Source of the DNA: Candidatus Scalinduaceae bacterium
GTDB lineage: Bacteria; Planctomycetota; Brocadiia; Brocadiales; Scalinduaceae
NCBI GenBank assembly: GCA_046759445.1
Contig: JBHICG010000011.1
Coordinates: forward strand, 1-64,000
Direction: 5' to 3'
DNA length: 64,000 bases
Within the stretch, counting starts at the first letter, position 1. Each line of letters opens with the position of its first letter. Positions 1 through 9,581 of the stretch are shown piece after piece. The notes below the pieces were generated by a model. That model did no database searches and was not told the DNA's origin. It was given only the letters and a program-made list of their open reading frames with translations. The position numbers and the translations under genes are program-made.

Positions 1-405
1 CAGGATATTGTAAAGAATGTCAAGAAGGCTAAAGAACTGACGAATGACATAGCTAGTGCATCTTCCGAACAATCAGAGGGGATAAGCCAGGTGAGTAATA
101 CGGTGGATCAGATGGACCATATTACGCAGCAAAATGCGGCAAGTGCTGAAGAAACTGCATCTGCAAGTGAGGAATTGTCGGCCCAGGCTCAAAACCTGAA
201 AGAGCAAGTCGAGATGTTATCCTCGCATGTTGGAATTAAAGAAAATAGATCGTTGCATGGCAGCAAGAGTAATGCACAACTGCCGGAAACCAGCAATGTA
301 AAAGGTAATGGTAATGGTAACGATAACGATAACGGTAAAGGCGCAACAGAACCTGAGGCATTAATACCACTGGATGAAAACAGGGTTGTGGAACATAGTG
401 AATAG
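1..405 (+). CDS. Methyl-accepting chemotaxis protein, C-terminal part (truncated by window edge)
   Basis: Frame is open from base 1: QDIVKNV...IASASSEQSEGISQVSNTVDQMDHITQQNAASAEETASASEELSAQA, the typical MCP signalling/methylation helix. Confidence 0.9.
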   Translation, partial: QDIVKNVKKAKELTNDIASASSEQSEGISQVSNTVDQMDHITQQNAASAEETASASEELSAQAQNLKEQVEMLSSHVGIKENRSLHGSKSNAQLPETSNVKGNGNGNDNDNGKGATEPEALIPLDENRVVEHSE

Positions 406-477
406 GGGGAAACTAGGGAGTTGCGTTGGTGCGCTTAACTCGTTTGTGGTGTATGAATTACACACCCCCCAAAATAT

Positions 478-1374
478 CTATCCGAAAAATGTCAGGATGT
501 GAATGACAAACTGATTACTTTCGACGGCATATCGGTCAATTGCAATACCTCCGAACCAGAGTGTCATAAAGAGATTCAGCATAACAAACAGTTTACCGCT
601 GGCAGTCGGCTCCGGTCTGCAGCGTCCGTATCGCAACAGAACACAGGCAAACAGTAGAGTTGCCGTCATTAAACCGATACGAATAACGTCTGCTATAAGC
701 AGGCCAAACAGGTTGCCTGTGGTGACACCCGCCAATAGGGCAATAATCCAGATCAGGATGAGACTTCTTAATTTTTCCGGTTTTATTCGGGAAAACAGGT
801 TCGGCAGACCGCTACGCCTGGCGTCCTCAGGATATGAAAGAGCCAGCAGCCAAAGATGAGGAACCTGCCAGAGTACGATAGTACCGGCAAGAAGCATGAT
901 CCGATAGTCGAGTGCGGAACCGCCTGCCAAAAGCCATCCCATAACGGGTGGAATAGCTCCGCAAAGCGATCCTGGCAATACGGCGAATGGGGTAAGACGC
1001 TTCAGGCTGGTGTATACGCCATTATACCAGATTATTGCAAAGATTCCGAGGAGGAAGACCTGACTGTTGCCAAGAAGCAAGAGCGCAAACAATCCGGCGG
1101 TAATCAGCAGAACGGAAATCAATGTACCGGTACGTATACCCAGATGCCCGGTGGCAAGAGGCCGTTTACGGGTACGAAGCATGCGGGCGTCAACGTCTTT
1201 CTCCTGTACCTGATTCAGGGCTGAACCACCAGCTGCCAGAAGCCATATTCCCGCGCATAATAACAGTCCCGGGACGGCATTCGGCTCCGCCGGATATAGC
1301 AAGTAGCCTGCCAACGACGAAAAGGCCACTAGAAAAGAAAGATGTGATCGGGTTAATCGGTTAGACATGCTCAT
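478..1374 (-). CDS. ctaB: Protoheme IX farnesyltransferase (heme O synthase)
   Basis: UbiA-family motifs NQVQEKDVDARMLRTRKRPL, YNGVYTSLKR, GAIPPVMGW and WQVPH; last gene of the oxidase operon. Confidence 0.9.
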   Translation of the reverse strand: MSMSNRLTRSHLSFLVAFSSLAGYLLYPAEPNAVPGLLLCAGIWLLAAGGSALNQVQEKDVDARMLRTRKRPLATGHLGIRTGTLISVLLITAGLFALLLLGNSQVFLLGIFAIIWYNGVYTSLKRLTPFAVLPGSLCGAIPPVMGWLLAGGSALDYRIMLLAGTIVLWQVPHLWLLALSYPEDARRSGLPNLFSRIKPEKLRSLILIWIIALLAGVTTGNLFGLLIADVIRIGLMTATLLFACVLLRYGRCRPEPTASGKLFVMLNLFMTLWFGGIAIDRYAVESNQFVIHILTFFG

Positions 1375-1476
1375 GGCATTATCATGTAAAAATTTATTGC
1401 ATCATTTTGAAATTCGTATTTCGTACTTTACGTATCTTTTTGGAATGCTCCCATTTGCTCTCAGTTTTCTATATTC

Positions 1477-2379
1477 CTAAAGTTTTTGCAGTATAGCGAT
1501 GATGGCGTAAAATTCCTCGTTCGACAATTCAACAGTCGGCATAGCGGCTGGAAATCCGAGTACGATTTCAAGTTTCGGCTCACGAATGGAGCGCAAAAGG
1601 TAATCACGGTCACTGGTGAACGTTATTTCCTGACCATCTTTCTTTACGGTTACCTGCCGGTTAAAAACTCCTTTCAGGCTTGGCCCGATAAGCGGAGAAC
1701 CGTCCAGGGAATGACATTTGGTACAGTCGTACTTTTCAAGCAGGGCAAGGCCCGGAGGTACCTCTTCAGGCTCCGATTCGGGTTGCAACCATTCATCAAA
1801 TTCCTCTTCCGACACCGCTTCAACCGTTGTTACCATATCCGAATGGCCTACCCCGCAGTACTCGGCACAGAAGACGTTGTATGAACTGACTTCATCGGCA
1901 ACAAACCATACATAGTTTTCCATGCCGGGAACACAGTCTCGCTTAACACGGAATGCAGGGATAAAAAAGCTGTGGATCACGTCTTTAGACAGCAAGCGTA
2001 CTTTCACCGGTTTACCGACGGGCACATACAGCTTGTTGCTGGTTTTGCCGTTTTCATAAGTAAATAGCCATGACCATTTGCGGGCTGATACCTGTACCTC
2101 CATGGCGTCTGCCGGAGCCCTTCGCAGGGAGAGATAACCCTCCCATCCAAACCAGAACATGGACAGAACAATAATGGTCGGAATAATCGTCCAGGACAAT
2201 TCAAGCCAGACAATGTCTTCTTCCGTCTCTTCCGGTACCGGACAGCGCCTGCGGTTATAGCGTATGGCAAAATAGATCAAAGTTGTTACTACACCGATCA
2301 GTATGATGACGTTGATGCCTAATATGAAGTAGAAGACAGGATCGACCGATTCGGCCGTTGTGTTTATCCTCGGATCCAA
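1477..2379 (-). CDS. coxB: Cytochrome c oxidase subunit II with fused C-terminal cytochrome c
   Basis: Two TM helices; CuA ligands DVIHSF...CAEYCGVGHSDM; C-terminal CTKCH and a distal AMP Met. Confidence 0.93.
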   Translation of the reverse strand: MDPRINTTAESVDPVFYFILGINVIILIGVVTTLIYFAIRYNRRRCPVPEETEEDIVWLELSWTIIPTIIVLSMFWFGWEGYLSLRRAPADAMEVQVSARKWSWLFTYENGKTSNKLYVPVGKPVKVRLLSKDVIHSFFIPAFRVKRDCVPGMENYVWFVADEVSSYNVFCAEYCGVGHSDMVTTVEAVSEEEFDEWLQPESEPEEVPPGLALLEKYDCTKCHSLDGSPLIGPSLKGVFNRQVTVKKDGQEITFTSDRDYLLRSIREPKLEIVLGFPAAMPTVELSNEEFYAIIAILQKL

Positions 2380-2388
2380 GATACCCCC

Positions 2389-2670
2389 TTACCGGTATAA
2401 AACGTCAAAAAAAGTGAAGCCGATAAAAATTGCCAAAATACACAATGCGACCAGCAGGAAAAGTTTAAATATTGGTCGTTCATATTTCATGTGCATGAAA
2501 AAGGATATGATCAGGGCCGACTTGGTCGATGCTATTCCGAGGGCGACCCATATATTAAGTGCCCCGAGATCGACATAAGACACGGTTACCGTCACTCCAG
2601 TTAACACCAGCAGCACCAACCAGATAATAACAATGACCTTATAACTGACAATATGTTCATGCTCGGACAT
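2389..2670 (-). CDS. Cytochrome c oxidase subunit IV (caa3 CtaF-like)
   Basis: 93 aa, three TM helices, IASTKSALIISFFMHMKYE motif; operon position. Confidence 0.85.
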   Translation of the reverse strand: MSEHEHIVSYKVIVIIWLVLLVLTGVTVTVSYVDLGALNIWVALGIASTKSALIISFFMHMKYERPIFKLFLLVALCILAIFIGFTFFDVLYR

Positions 2671-2735
2671 AATTTATCCTTTTCTCATTTTATTCATTTT
2701 TCTTCTCCATTTGATGGGGCATGGATAATTCGTTC

Positions 2736-3335
2736 CTAAAGAACAAGGTAATACAGCGCAAATATGTAGATCCAGATCATGTCGACCAGATGCCAGTAAA
2801 GTCCCACGTTTTCCAGTAACAGCCAGTCTTTAGAGTTTACCCGGTTAATTTTGATCTCCAACCATACCCAGGAAAGCACCAGAATACCGATTATAACATG
2901 GATACCATGTAATCCCGTCGTGATATAGTAGAGGCTGAAGAAGATCGATTCTCCGGGAGCAATCTCTTTCATATGCGGTGAGCCGGGAAAAATACCGTGA
3001 TGAATCTTGGCACTCCATTCGAAGTATTTATTAATCAAGAAGAGTACCGCAAAACCTATTGTACCGCTAAGAAGGCCGAGAGTAAGTCTCTTTGCATTAC
3101 GCCGCAATGCGGTGACCGACATTGCAACGAAAAAACTGCTGGTCAGCAATACCAGAGTGTTGCTGCCACCAAAACGGATGTCGAGTTGATCTCCGGCAGA
3201 AATGAATTCTTTTGGATAACGCTTCAGGTAAACTGCATAGAGGATAAAGAGACCGCCAAACAGCATTACCTCGCTAAAGAGGAAGAACCACATGCCGAGT
3301 TTGCCGCCGGTATGATCTTTGTGATGTTCACTCAT
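2736..3335 (-). CDS. coxC: Cytochrome c oxidase subunit III
   Basis: KLGMWFFLFSEVMLFGGLF, TGLHGIHV and GLYWHLVDMIW motifs. Confidence 0.92.
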   Translation of the reverse strand: MSEHHKDHTGGKLGMWFFLFSEVMLFGGLFILYAVYLKRYPKEFISAGDQLDIRFGGSNTLVLLTSSFFVAMSVTALRRNAKRLTLGLLSGTIGFAVLFLINKYFEWSAKIHHGIFPGSPHMKEIAPGESIFFSLYYITTGLHGIHVIIGILVLSWVWLEIKINRVNSKDWLLLENVGLYWHLVDMIWIYIFALYYLVL

Positions 3336-4960
3336 AATATTCCCGCTTTTTTGAAATCATAGGGGCCGTGTGTTACCACGGGGTCTTCATCAAAGTTTTC
3401 ATGCGGCGGCGGTGACGAAACCGTCCATTCGAGGGTTGCGCCTCCCCAAGGATTTTTGTCAACGGGTTTACCCTTAAAGATGCCGTAAAAAAGATTGACG
3501 AACATCAGTGCCAGACCGATAGTAAGAACCCAGGAACCGCAGGTCGCCAGCATATTGAGACCGGCAAATTCCGGCAAGTAGTCGTAGTAGCGACGCGGCA
3601 TCCCCTGAATGCCGACAACCATCATCGGCATATAAACAACATTAATTCCTACAAAGATAATTGTCCAGGATATGATCGCCGCTTTTTTGTTGTACATTCT
3701 GCCGTAAACCTTTGGCAGCCAGTAGTGCATGGCGGCAAAAAAGGCCATGCCGGTGCCGCCGAACATGGTGTAGTGAAAGTGGCCGACTACAAAATGTGTA
3801 TCATGCACGTGCACGTTGGTTGCCGCCGAGCCAAGCACCAGACCGGTTAAACCGCCGATTGCAAACAGAAGAATGAAGGAAAGCGCAAAAAGCATGGGTG
3901 GGTCAAGCAGGATAGAACCCTTGTACATGGTGGTCAGCCAACTAAAGATTTTGATTGCCGATGGAATTGCAACAAGGAAGGTGAGTAATGAAAAAACAAG
4001 TATCGCAGCCTCTGACATGCCACTGGTGTACATATGGTGAGCCCAGACCATGGAACCTGCAAATGCAATGGCGAAACTGGAAATGACCATTGCCTTGTAT
4101 CCGAAAGCCGGTTTACGGGCAAATACCGGCACAATCTCGGAGATTACCCCCATGGCCGGTAATATCATAATATAAACCGCCGGATGTGAATATATCCAAA
4201 ACAGATGCTGAAACATGATCGGATCGCCGCCGAGGGACGGATTGAATAGCCCCGCCCCGAGAACCCGTTCGACAAAAATCAGTACCACGGTAATTCCTAG
4301 TACCGGGGTTGCCAGTAACTGAATCCAGGAAGTGGTATACAGGGCCCACACGAAAAGAGACAGCCTTCCCCAAGTCAGTCCTTCGGCACGTAACCAGTGA
4401 ATGGTAATTAGAAAATTAAGACCGGTGAGTATGGACGAAAAACCGAGGATGAAGACGGCAAACGCCGCCAGGGAGACGTTGGCAGTCGTTTCCAGACTAT
4501 AGGGAACGTAAAAAGTCCAACCGGTATCAGGCGCGCCGCCTCCAGTGAATAAGGAGGTTACAGCTAATAAAGCGCCACCTATGTAAAGCCACCAGGAGAA
4601 TAGATTCAGACGGGGAAAGGCTACGTCGCGAGCACCAATTTGAATCGGCATCATCAGATTGCCGAAAGCTGCCGGTATACTGGGTATAATAAAGAGGAAA
4701 ATCATGGTCACTCCATGCAGAGTAAATGCGGCGTTATAGGTCTGGGCACCCAAGATTGTTTTGCCGGGAGCAATAAGTTCAAGCCGGATCAGCACGCCAA
4801 GCATGGAGCCGAATATGAAGAAACCTGCAATACACCAAAAGTAAAGCAGACCAATCCGCTTGTGATCCGTTGAGAAAATCCATGCCTTTATTCCGTAGCA
4901 ACGATCGGAGTTTTCAAAGAAGCCACGATTTGCGGCAATATTCATTGAGGCGTCTGCCAT
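3332..4960 (-). CDS. coxA: Heme-copper oxidase subunit I, A2 type
   Basis: TDHKRIG, TLHG, GWTFYVP, WIYSHPAVY (YS motif of the A2 family), WAHHM, HFHY and GMPRRY. Confidence 0.95.
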   Translation of the reverse strand: MADASMNIAANRGFFENSDRCYGIKAWIFSTDHKRIGLLYFWCIAGFFIFGSMLGVLIRLELIAPGKTILGAQTYNAAFTLHGVTMIFLFIIPSIPAAFGNLMMPIQIGARDVAFPRLNLFSWWLYIGGALLAVTSLFTGGGAPDTGWTFYVPYSLETTANVSLAAFAVFILGFSSILTGLNFLITIHWLRAEGLTWGRLSLFVWALYTTSWIQLLATPVLGITVVLIFVERVLGAGLFNPSLGGDPIMFQHLFWIYSHPAVYIMILPAMGVISEIVPVFARKPAFGYKAMVISSFAIAFAGSMVWAHHMYTSGMSEAAILVFSLLTFLVAIPSAIKIFSWLTTMYKGSILLDPPMLFALSFILLFAIGGLTGLVLGSAATNVHVHDTHFVVGHFHYTMFGGTGMAFFAAMHYWLPKVYGRMYNKKAAIISWTIIFVGINVVYMPMMVVGIQGMPRRYYDYLPEFAGLNMLATCGSWVLTIGLALMFVNLFYGIFKGKPVDKNPWGGATLEWTVSSPPPHENFDEDPVVTHGPYDFKKAGIL

Positions 4961-4966
4961 AATTGA

Positions 4967-5839
4967 TTATCTCCTTTTTTTCTTTTTACCGCCAAACATC
5001 AGAAATGCCAGAAAAATGGCGGCGATACCTAAAACCACGGAACCTGAAATCCGTAAAAGATTGAAAACATAGGTTTTCTTTCCCGGGTCGTAACTGAAAC
5101 AAAATTTTACCATTTTCTGGATCGTTGTACCAAGTTTTCCTTCAGAGGCTTCTACTAAAGCCAGGGTTATATCCTTTGGTAGAAAATGGGTGCCATGCAA
5201 ATAGCGTACAATCTGGCCCTTGGAGTTGACGACAAAAACAACTACCGGATGCAGAATCTGACCGTCGGTTTTCTGAAAATAATAGCCGGCAGTATTGGTC
5301 AGCCGATAGATATTTTCTTTATCTCCCGTCAGGAATCGCCAGACATGTTTAGGAAACTTGTCCCGCATTGATTTGAAATACATCTTTTTGCTTGCTCTGG
5401 CCAACTCCGCGTCTTCCGTGTCATCAAAACTTATCGACAGTACGGTAAACTGCTTTCCTGGTTCAAGACGAACGTCGGGAAGTACTCTTGCCAGGTCCGT
5501 CTGTATAAAATTACAGACATTCGGGCAACGAAAATAAACCGGGGCAATGATTACCGGCCCCTTTATTAACTGTCTCAATGTTACTACCTGCCCCGATTCA
5601 TTGTAAAATTCAAGGTCAAGCGGAAGCATCGCGCCGATTTGTTCTTTAAGCCGCACACTGGTTACTTCAGCAGGCATTTCTTTGTGCAGATGCTCGTCAT
5701 GCATTTCCATGGCGGCAGTATGGTTGTATCCGTCGTCGGCTTCCTTCGCTAGCGAAGCCATTGGAAACATAAGCAGGATAGAACACACCGCAAGAGATGT
5801 ATACAATAGCACAGGGTACTTTCTTTGTTTCATTCTCAT
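4967..5839 (-). CDS. SCO1/SenC family copper chaperone (start likely 5839 or 5833, not 5977)
   Basis: CPNVC motif plus a downstream His (ILHP), signal peptide after MRMKQRK, C-terminal TM anchor; first gene of the cox operon. Confidence 0.85.
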   Translation of the reverse strand: MRMKQRKYPVLLYTSLAVCSILLMFPMASLAKEADDGYNHTAAMEMHDEHLHKEMPAEVTSVRLKEQIGAMLPLDLEFYNESGQVVTLRQLIKGPVIIAPVYFRCPNVCNFIQTDLARVLPDVRLEPGKQFTVLSISFDDTEDAELARASKKMYFKSMRDKFPKHVWRFLTGDKENIYRLTNTAGYYFQKTDGQILHPVVVFVVNSKGQIVRYLHGTHFLPKDITLALVEASEGKLGTTIQKMVKFCFSYDPGKKTYVFNLLRISGSVVLGIAAIFLAFLMFGGKKKKRR

Positions 5840-6048
5840 GTAAACCAAAGCATCATTAAACGGATTTCGTGGGAGTTTGCTCAACAATATAGAGTAGACG
5901 CATAAACATATAACACCATTGACAGTAAATAAGTTATGATATGTGCGAGAGGGGATTCTTTGTAAAAGTAGCGACAAGTAATATGTATCAAATGACCAGG
6001 AATCAGTATATTAAAGATATAGCAAAAATACTAACAATGTTAGTACTA

Positions 6049-6390
6049 TTATCTCGCCTTAGAATTCAATACTGTAATTCTTGTAATTATGTTTTCTACC
6101 AGTAAATTGATGTTCAGGTTGAAATCAATGTATTTGATGGACTCTAAGATATCATTAATTATATCAGTTATTTGTTTTTGGGTTAAATAATCAGCACACC
6201 TTTGTAGTGTATCCTCATGATCTTCATTGAAAAGGGGAGGGGCCTTTTTGCCGGCACCGCATATATTCCTGACTTTAACTACCAGAATATCGCGGTAGAA
6301 TTGCAGTATGCAATTTAAGATACGCCTGAGAGACTGCCTTTTTTCTTCTAAAGTATCACTTGAGCTTAAGAGATGATAGGAAATTGCTTT
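6049..6390 (-). pseudogene. Start-less 3' remnant resembling the C-terminal domain of DNA polymerase III delta' (HolB)
   Basis: Manual translation gives a 113-aa open frame bounded upstream by TAA (6393-6391): ...DTLEEKRQSLRRILNCILQFYRDILVV...LFNEDHEDTL...INDILESIKYIDFNLNINLLVENIITRI...*. Not in the ORF track. Confidence 0.6.
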
Positions 6391-6620
6391 TTAGAGATTT
6401 TGTAAGGTTAGTAAAATAATTAACAAAGTTCAAGTGTTTTTTGGAAATTATGCCCTCATACCATTAAGAGCAAATCCATTAAATGAACTAAAAGCGTACT
6501 TGATTTCCAGACTAAAGTGAGTTTTATCTTTCTATTTACGCTTCTTTTTTGATATTATATTCTGTGAAATTCCGTGTCTATCCGTGGTAGATTTTTTGCA
6601 TGCAGTAAAGGAGTCTATAT

Positions 6621-8201
6621 TTGCCAGCAAAAGCCATAATGGTACAGGGCACAGGATCAGATGTGGGTAAGAGCATTCTGGTATGCGCTCTGTGTCGAAT
6701 TTTCCATCAGGAAGGACTGAAGGTTGCCCCCTTCAAGGCGCAAAACATGTCCAACAACTCATATATAACCGTGGATGGCAGGGAGATGGGTAGAGCTCAA
6801 GTAGCTCAGGCAGAAGCAGCAGGTTTACAACCTGCAGTTGAAATGAACCCGATCCTGCTCAAGCCAACGGGCAACAATGGCTCACAGGTGATAACTATGG
6901 GGAAACCCTTAGGACACATGAAAGCTAATGAGTATTATCATAATAAAAATATGATGCTGGATATTGCAAAGAAAGCGTATTCAACACTAAGCGAACAATA
7001 CGACATTATAGTTATTGAAGGAGCCGGTAGCCCATCAGAAATTAATCTTAAGGACAATGATATCGTTAACATGAAGATTGCAGAGATTGCTGATGCGTCC
7101 GTATTACTTATGGTCGACATAGATAGGGGGGGAGCATTTGCATGGGTGGTGGGCACACTAGAGCTGTTGAATAAGGATGAAAGAGAAAGAATATGTGGTG
7201 TAATCATTAACAAATTCAGGGGTGATATGACAATATTACAGTCCGGCATCGATATGTTGGAAAAGAAGATAGACAAACCCGTTCTGGGTGTTATCCCTTA
7301 CTTCGATGATATAAAGATTGATGATGAGGATTCGGTATGTCTGGAAAGGGGCGATTATAAATTACAATCTGTAAATGATAAGTCAACAGAAGCATGTCAC
7401 GTAAATACTATTAGCGGAACATGCATTGATATTGTCGTAATAAGACTACCCAGAATATCTAATTTTACAGACTTTGAATTACTTAAGCGTGAAAAAGACG
7501 TAAACGTTAGATTTGTAGACAAAGCGGATTCACTTGGAAGACCAGATTTGGTTATTCTACCAGGCACGAAGAATACCATAGGTGACTTAAAGGTTATAAA
7601 AGAGAACGGAATTGCGGATACTGTCATTAATTTTGCGAAGAACGGTACTATGGTCATCGGAATTTGTGGTGGATATCAGATGCTTGGCAAGGAAATCAAT
7701 GACCCGGAAAATGCAGAATCTAATATATCCCAAATTAACGGTCTTGGGCTTCTTAATGCTATTACTTTTTTTAAACCCGAAAAAAATACTTGTCAAATCA
7801 AAGCAAGAATATACAACAATAATAATATATTCAATAATATTAAATGTGACTTAACTGGTTATGAGATACATATGGGTGAAACAAAGCTGCTTAATGGGGT
7901 ATCACCATTCTTAAAAATTATAGAAAGATCTGGAAAAGAAGTCGGCCTGGATGATGGGGCAATTTCCAGTGACGGGAACGTAATAGGCACTTATATACAC
8001 GGTATTTTTGATAATGATGAATTCAGGTTTGGACTCATTAATTATCTCAGAAGAATTAAAGGCTTATCTCCCTTAATACGTGACGAACTAATCAACGCAA
8101 GATGTGCAAAGGATAAACAATATGATAAACTCGCAGATCTAATTCGCAAACACGTAAGAATGGATATGATTTATGACTTAATTGGAGAATTAAAGAATTA
8201 A
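6621..8201 (+). CDS. cobQ: Cobyric acid synthase
   Basis: MVQGTGSDVGKS, PFKAQNMSNNS, EGAGSPSEINL, RISNFTDF, GICGGYQMLG, GYEIHMG and GTYIHGIFDN. Confidence 0.96.
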   Translation: MPAKAIMVQGTGSDVGKSILVCALCRIFHQEGLKVAPFKAQNMSNNSYITVDGREMGRAQVAQAEAAGLQPAVEMNPILLKPTGNNGSQVITMGKPLGHMKANEYYHNKNMMLDIAKKAYSTLSEQYDIIVIEGAGSPSEINLKDNDIVNMKIAEIADASVLLMVDIDRGGAFAWVVGTLELLNKDERERICGVIINKFRGDMTILQSGIDMLEKKIDKPVLGVIPYFDDIKIDDEDSVCLERGDYKLQSVNDKSTEACHVNTISGTCIDIVVIRLPRISNFTDFELLKREKDVNVRFVDKADSLGRPDLVILPGTKNTIGDLKVIKENGIADTVINFAKNGTMVIGICGGYQMLGKEINDPENAESNISQINGLGLLNAITFFKPEKNTCQIKARIYNNNNIFNNIKCDLTGYEIHMGETKLLNGVSPFLKIIERSGKEVGLDDGAISSDGNVIGTYIHGIFDNDEFRFGLINYLRRIKGLSPLIRDELINARCAKDKQYDKLADLIRKHVRMDMIYDLIGELKN

Positions 8202-8271
8202 GGAATTTGGGAATTAAAATCAGTTTCTGGCAAATTCAGGAATCCCCCTAATCCCTCAATCCCGAAATAAA

Positions 8272-9270
8272 ATGTATGATTATCTGGCATTGCAAATTGG
8301 TATTGCCTTTATCCTGGATATTGTAATTGGAGACCCAAGGTGGTTGCCTCATCCTGTAAGAATAATAGGTAAGTGTGTTGAATTCCTTGAGAGATTATTA
8401 AAAAAGGTATTTATTTCAGAACGACCTGCCTTTACTGTTCACGTAGACAGGTTGGCGGGTGTTTTTCTTGCTGGAGTCATTGTATCAGGAACATACTTAA
8501 TAACATACGAAATAATAAATATTTTTAGCCATACAGGCAGGATAGTGGAGATAGCGATTAGTACAATTATTGTCTTCTTTTCACTATCAACGCGTGATCT
8601 CCTAAAAGAAGCAAAGGGCATTCTTGAGGCGCTTAAATCAGGAAATATCATAAAAGCACGTGAAAATCTATCTAGAGTTGTTGGGAGAGACACACATAAT
8701 CTTAACGAACATCAAATTACGAGGGGCTGCATAGAGACGACAGCCGAAAACAGTGTTGACGGAATAATTGCACCATTATTTTATGCCTTCATTGGTGGCC
8801 CTGCACTTGCGATGGCATACAAGGCCGTCAATACCCTGGATTCTATGATCGGATATAAGAATACGGAATACATTAATCTCGGATGGGCATCGGCAAAACT
8901 TGATGATATAGTTAACTACGTTCCTGCAAGGATTGCGGCCATAATGCTTCCAATATCTTCTTATATATGTGCGGCAGACTATTTGAATTCAACAAAAATA
9001 GTCAAGAGAGATGGACGTAAACACCCCAGCCCGAATAGCGGGATTCCCGAGGCCGCCATAGCAGGTGCATTAGGAATAAGGCTTGGTGGATCAAGCACGT
9101 ACAAAGGTATAACTGCTGATAAACCTTCCATAGGTGACCCTGTTAATGACATTGTTCTCGGCAATATTAATCAAACCATAAGGATAGTGTTTGTGGCTGC
9201 AGTATTGTCGGTTGTCAGTGGTATAATAATTATATTAATAGTAAATAAATTTGCCTTGCTGATAGGCTAG
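8272..9270 (+). CDS. cbiB: Adenosylcobinamide-phosphate synthase CbiB/CobD
   Basis: GDPRWLPHPV, VGRDT, ETTAENSVDG, YKAVNTLDSMIGY and HPSPNSG. Confidence 0.95.
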   Translation: MYDYLALQIGIAFILDIVIGDPRWLPHPVRIIGKCVEFLERLLKKVFISERPAFTVHVDRLAGVFLAGVIVSGTYLITYEIINIFSHTGRIVEIAISTIIVFFSLSTRDLLKEAKGILEALKSGNIIKARENLSRVVGRDTHNLNEHQITRGCIETTAENSVDGIIAPLFYAFIGGPALAMAYKAVNTLDSMIGYKNTEYINLGWASAKLDDIVNYVPARIAAIMLPISSYICAADYLNSTKIVKRDGRKHPSPNSGIPEAAIAGALGIRLGGSSTYKGITADKPSIGDPVNDIVLGNINQTIRIVFVAAVLSVVSGIIIILIVNKFALLIG

Positions 9271-9581
9271 GAGAGGAATATAATTTCAATGAGTTAGGAA
9301 TGTTTAAAGAGAGATATATGACTAACTACATGTATTGAAAACTATGGTTACATAATTTAGAATAATATTTGAAGGCTATAGTGTGAGGAATATTGGTAAA
9401 TATTTCATAGAATTGCAGTAGAGTAGGGGGGTGGGAAATGTCCACCCAACATCATTTAAAATCTCATATTAAAATCACCATCATTAACTCTCTCATCATC
9501 AAAAAATGATCATAACATTTTATATTTGTTACAATTATATTATTCGCCTAAACATAAGAGGTCAGGAGTCCTGAGTTTATT

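Noticed and set aside
304..339. GGTAAT/GATAAC hexamer run in the MCP tail
   Set aside because: Short low-complexity GN/DN linker with no sign of a functional repeat system
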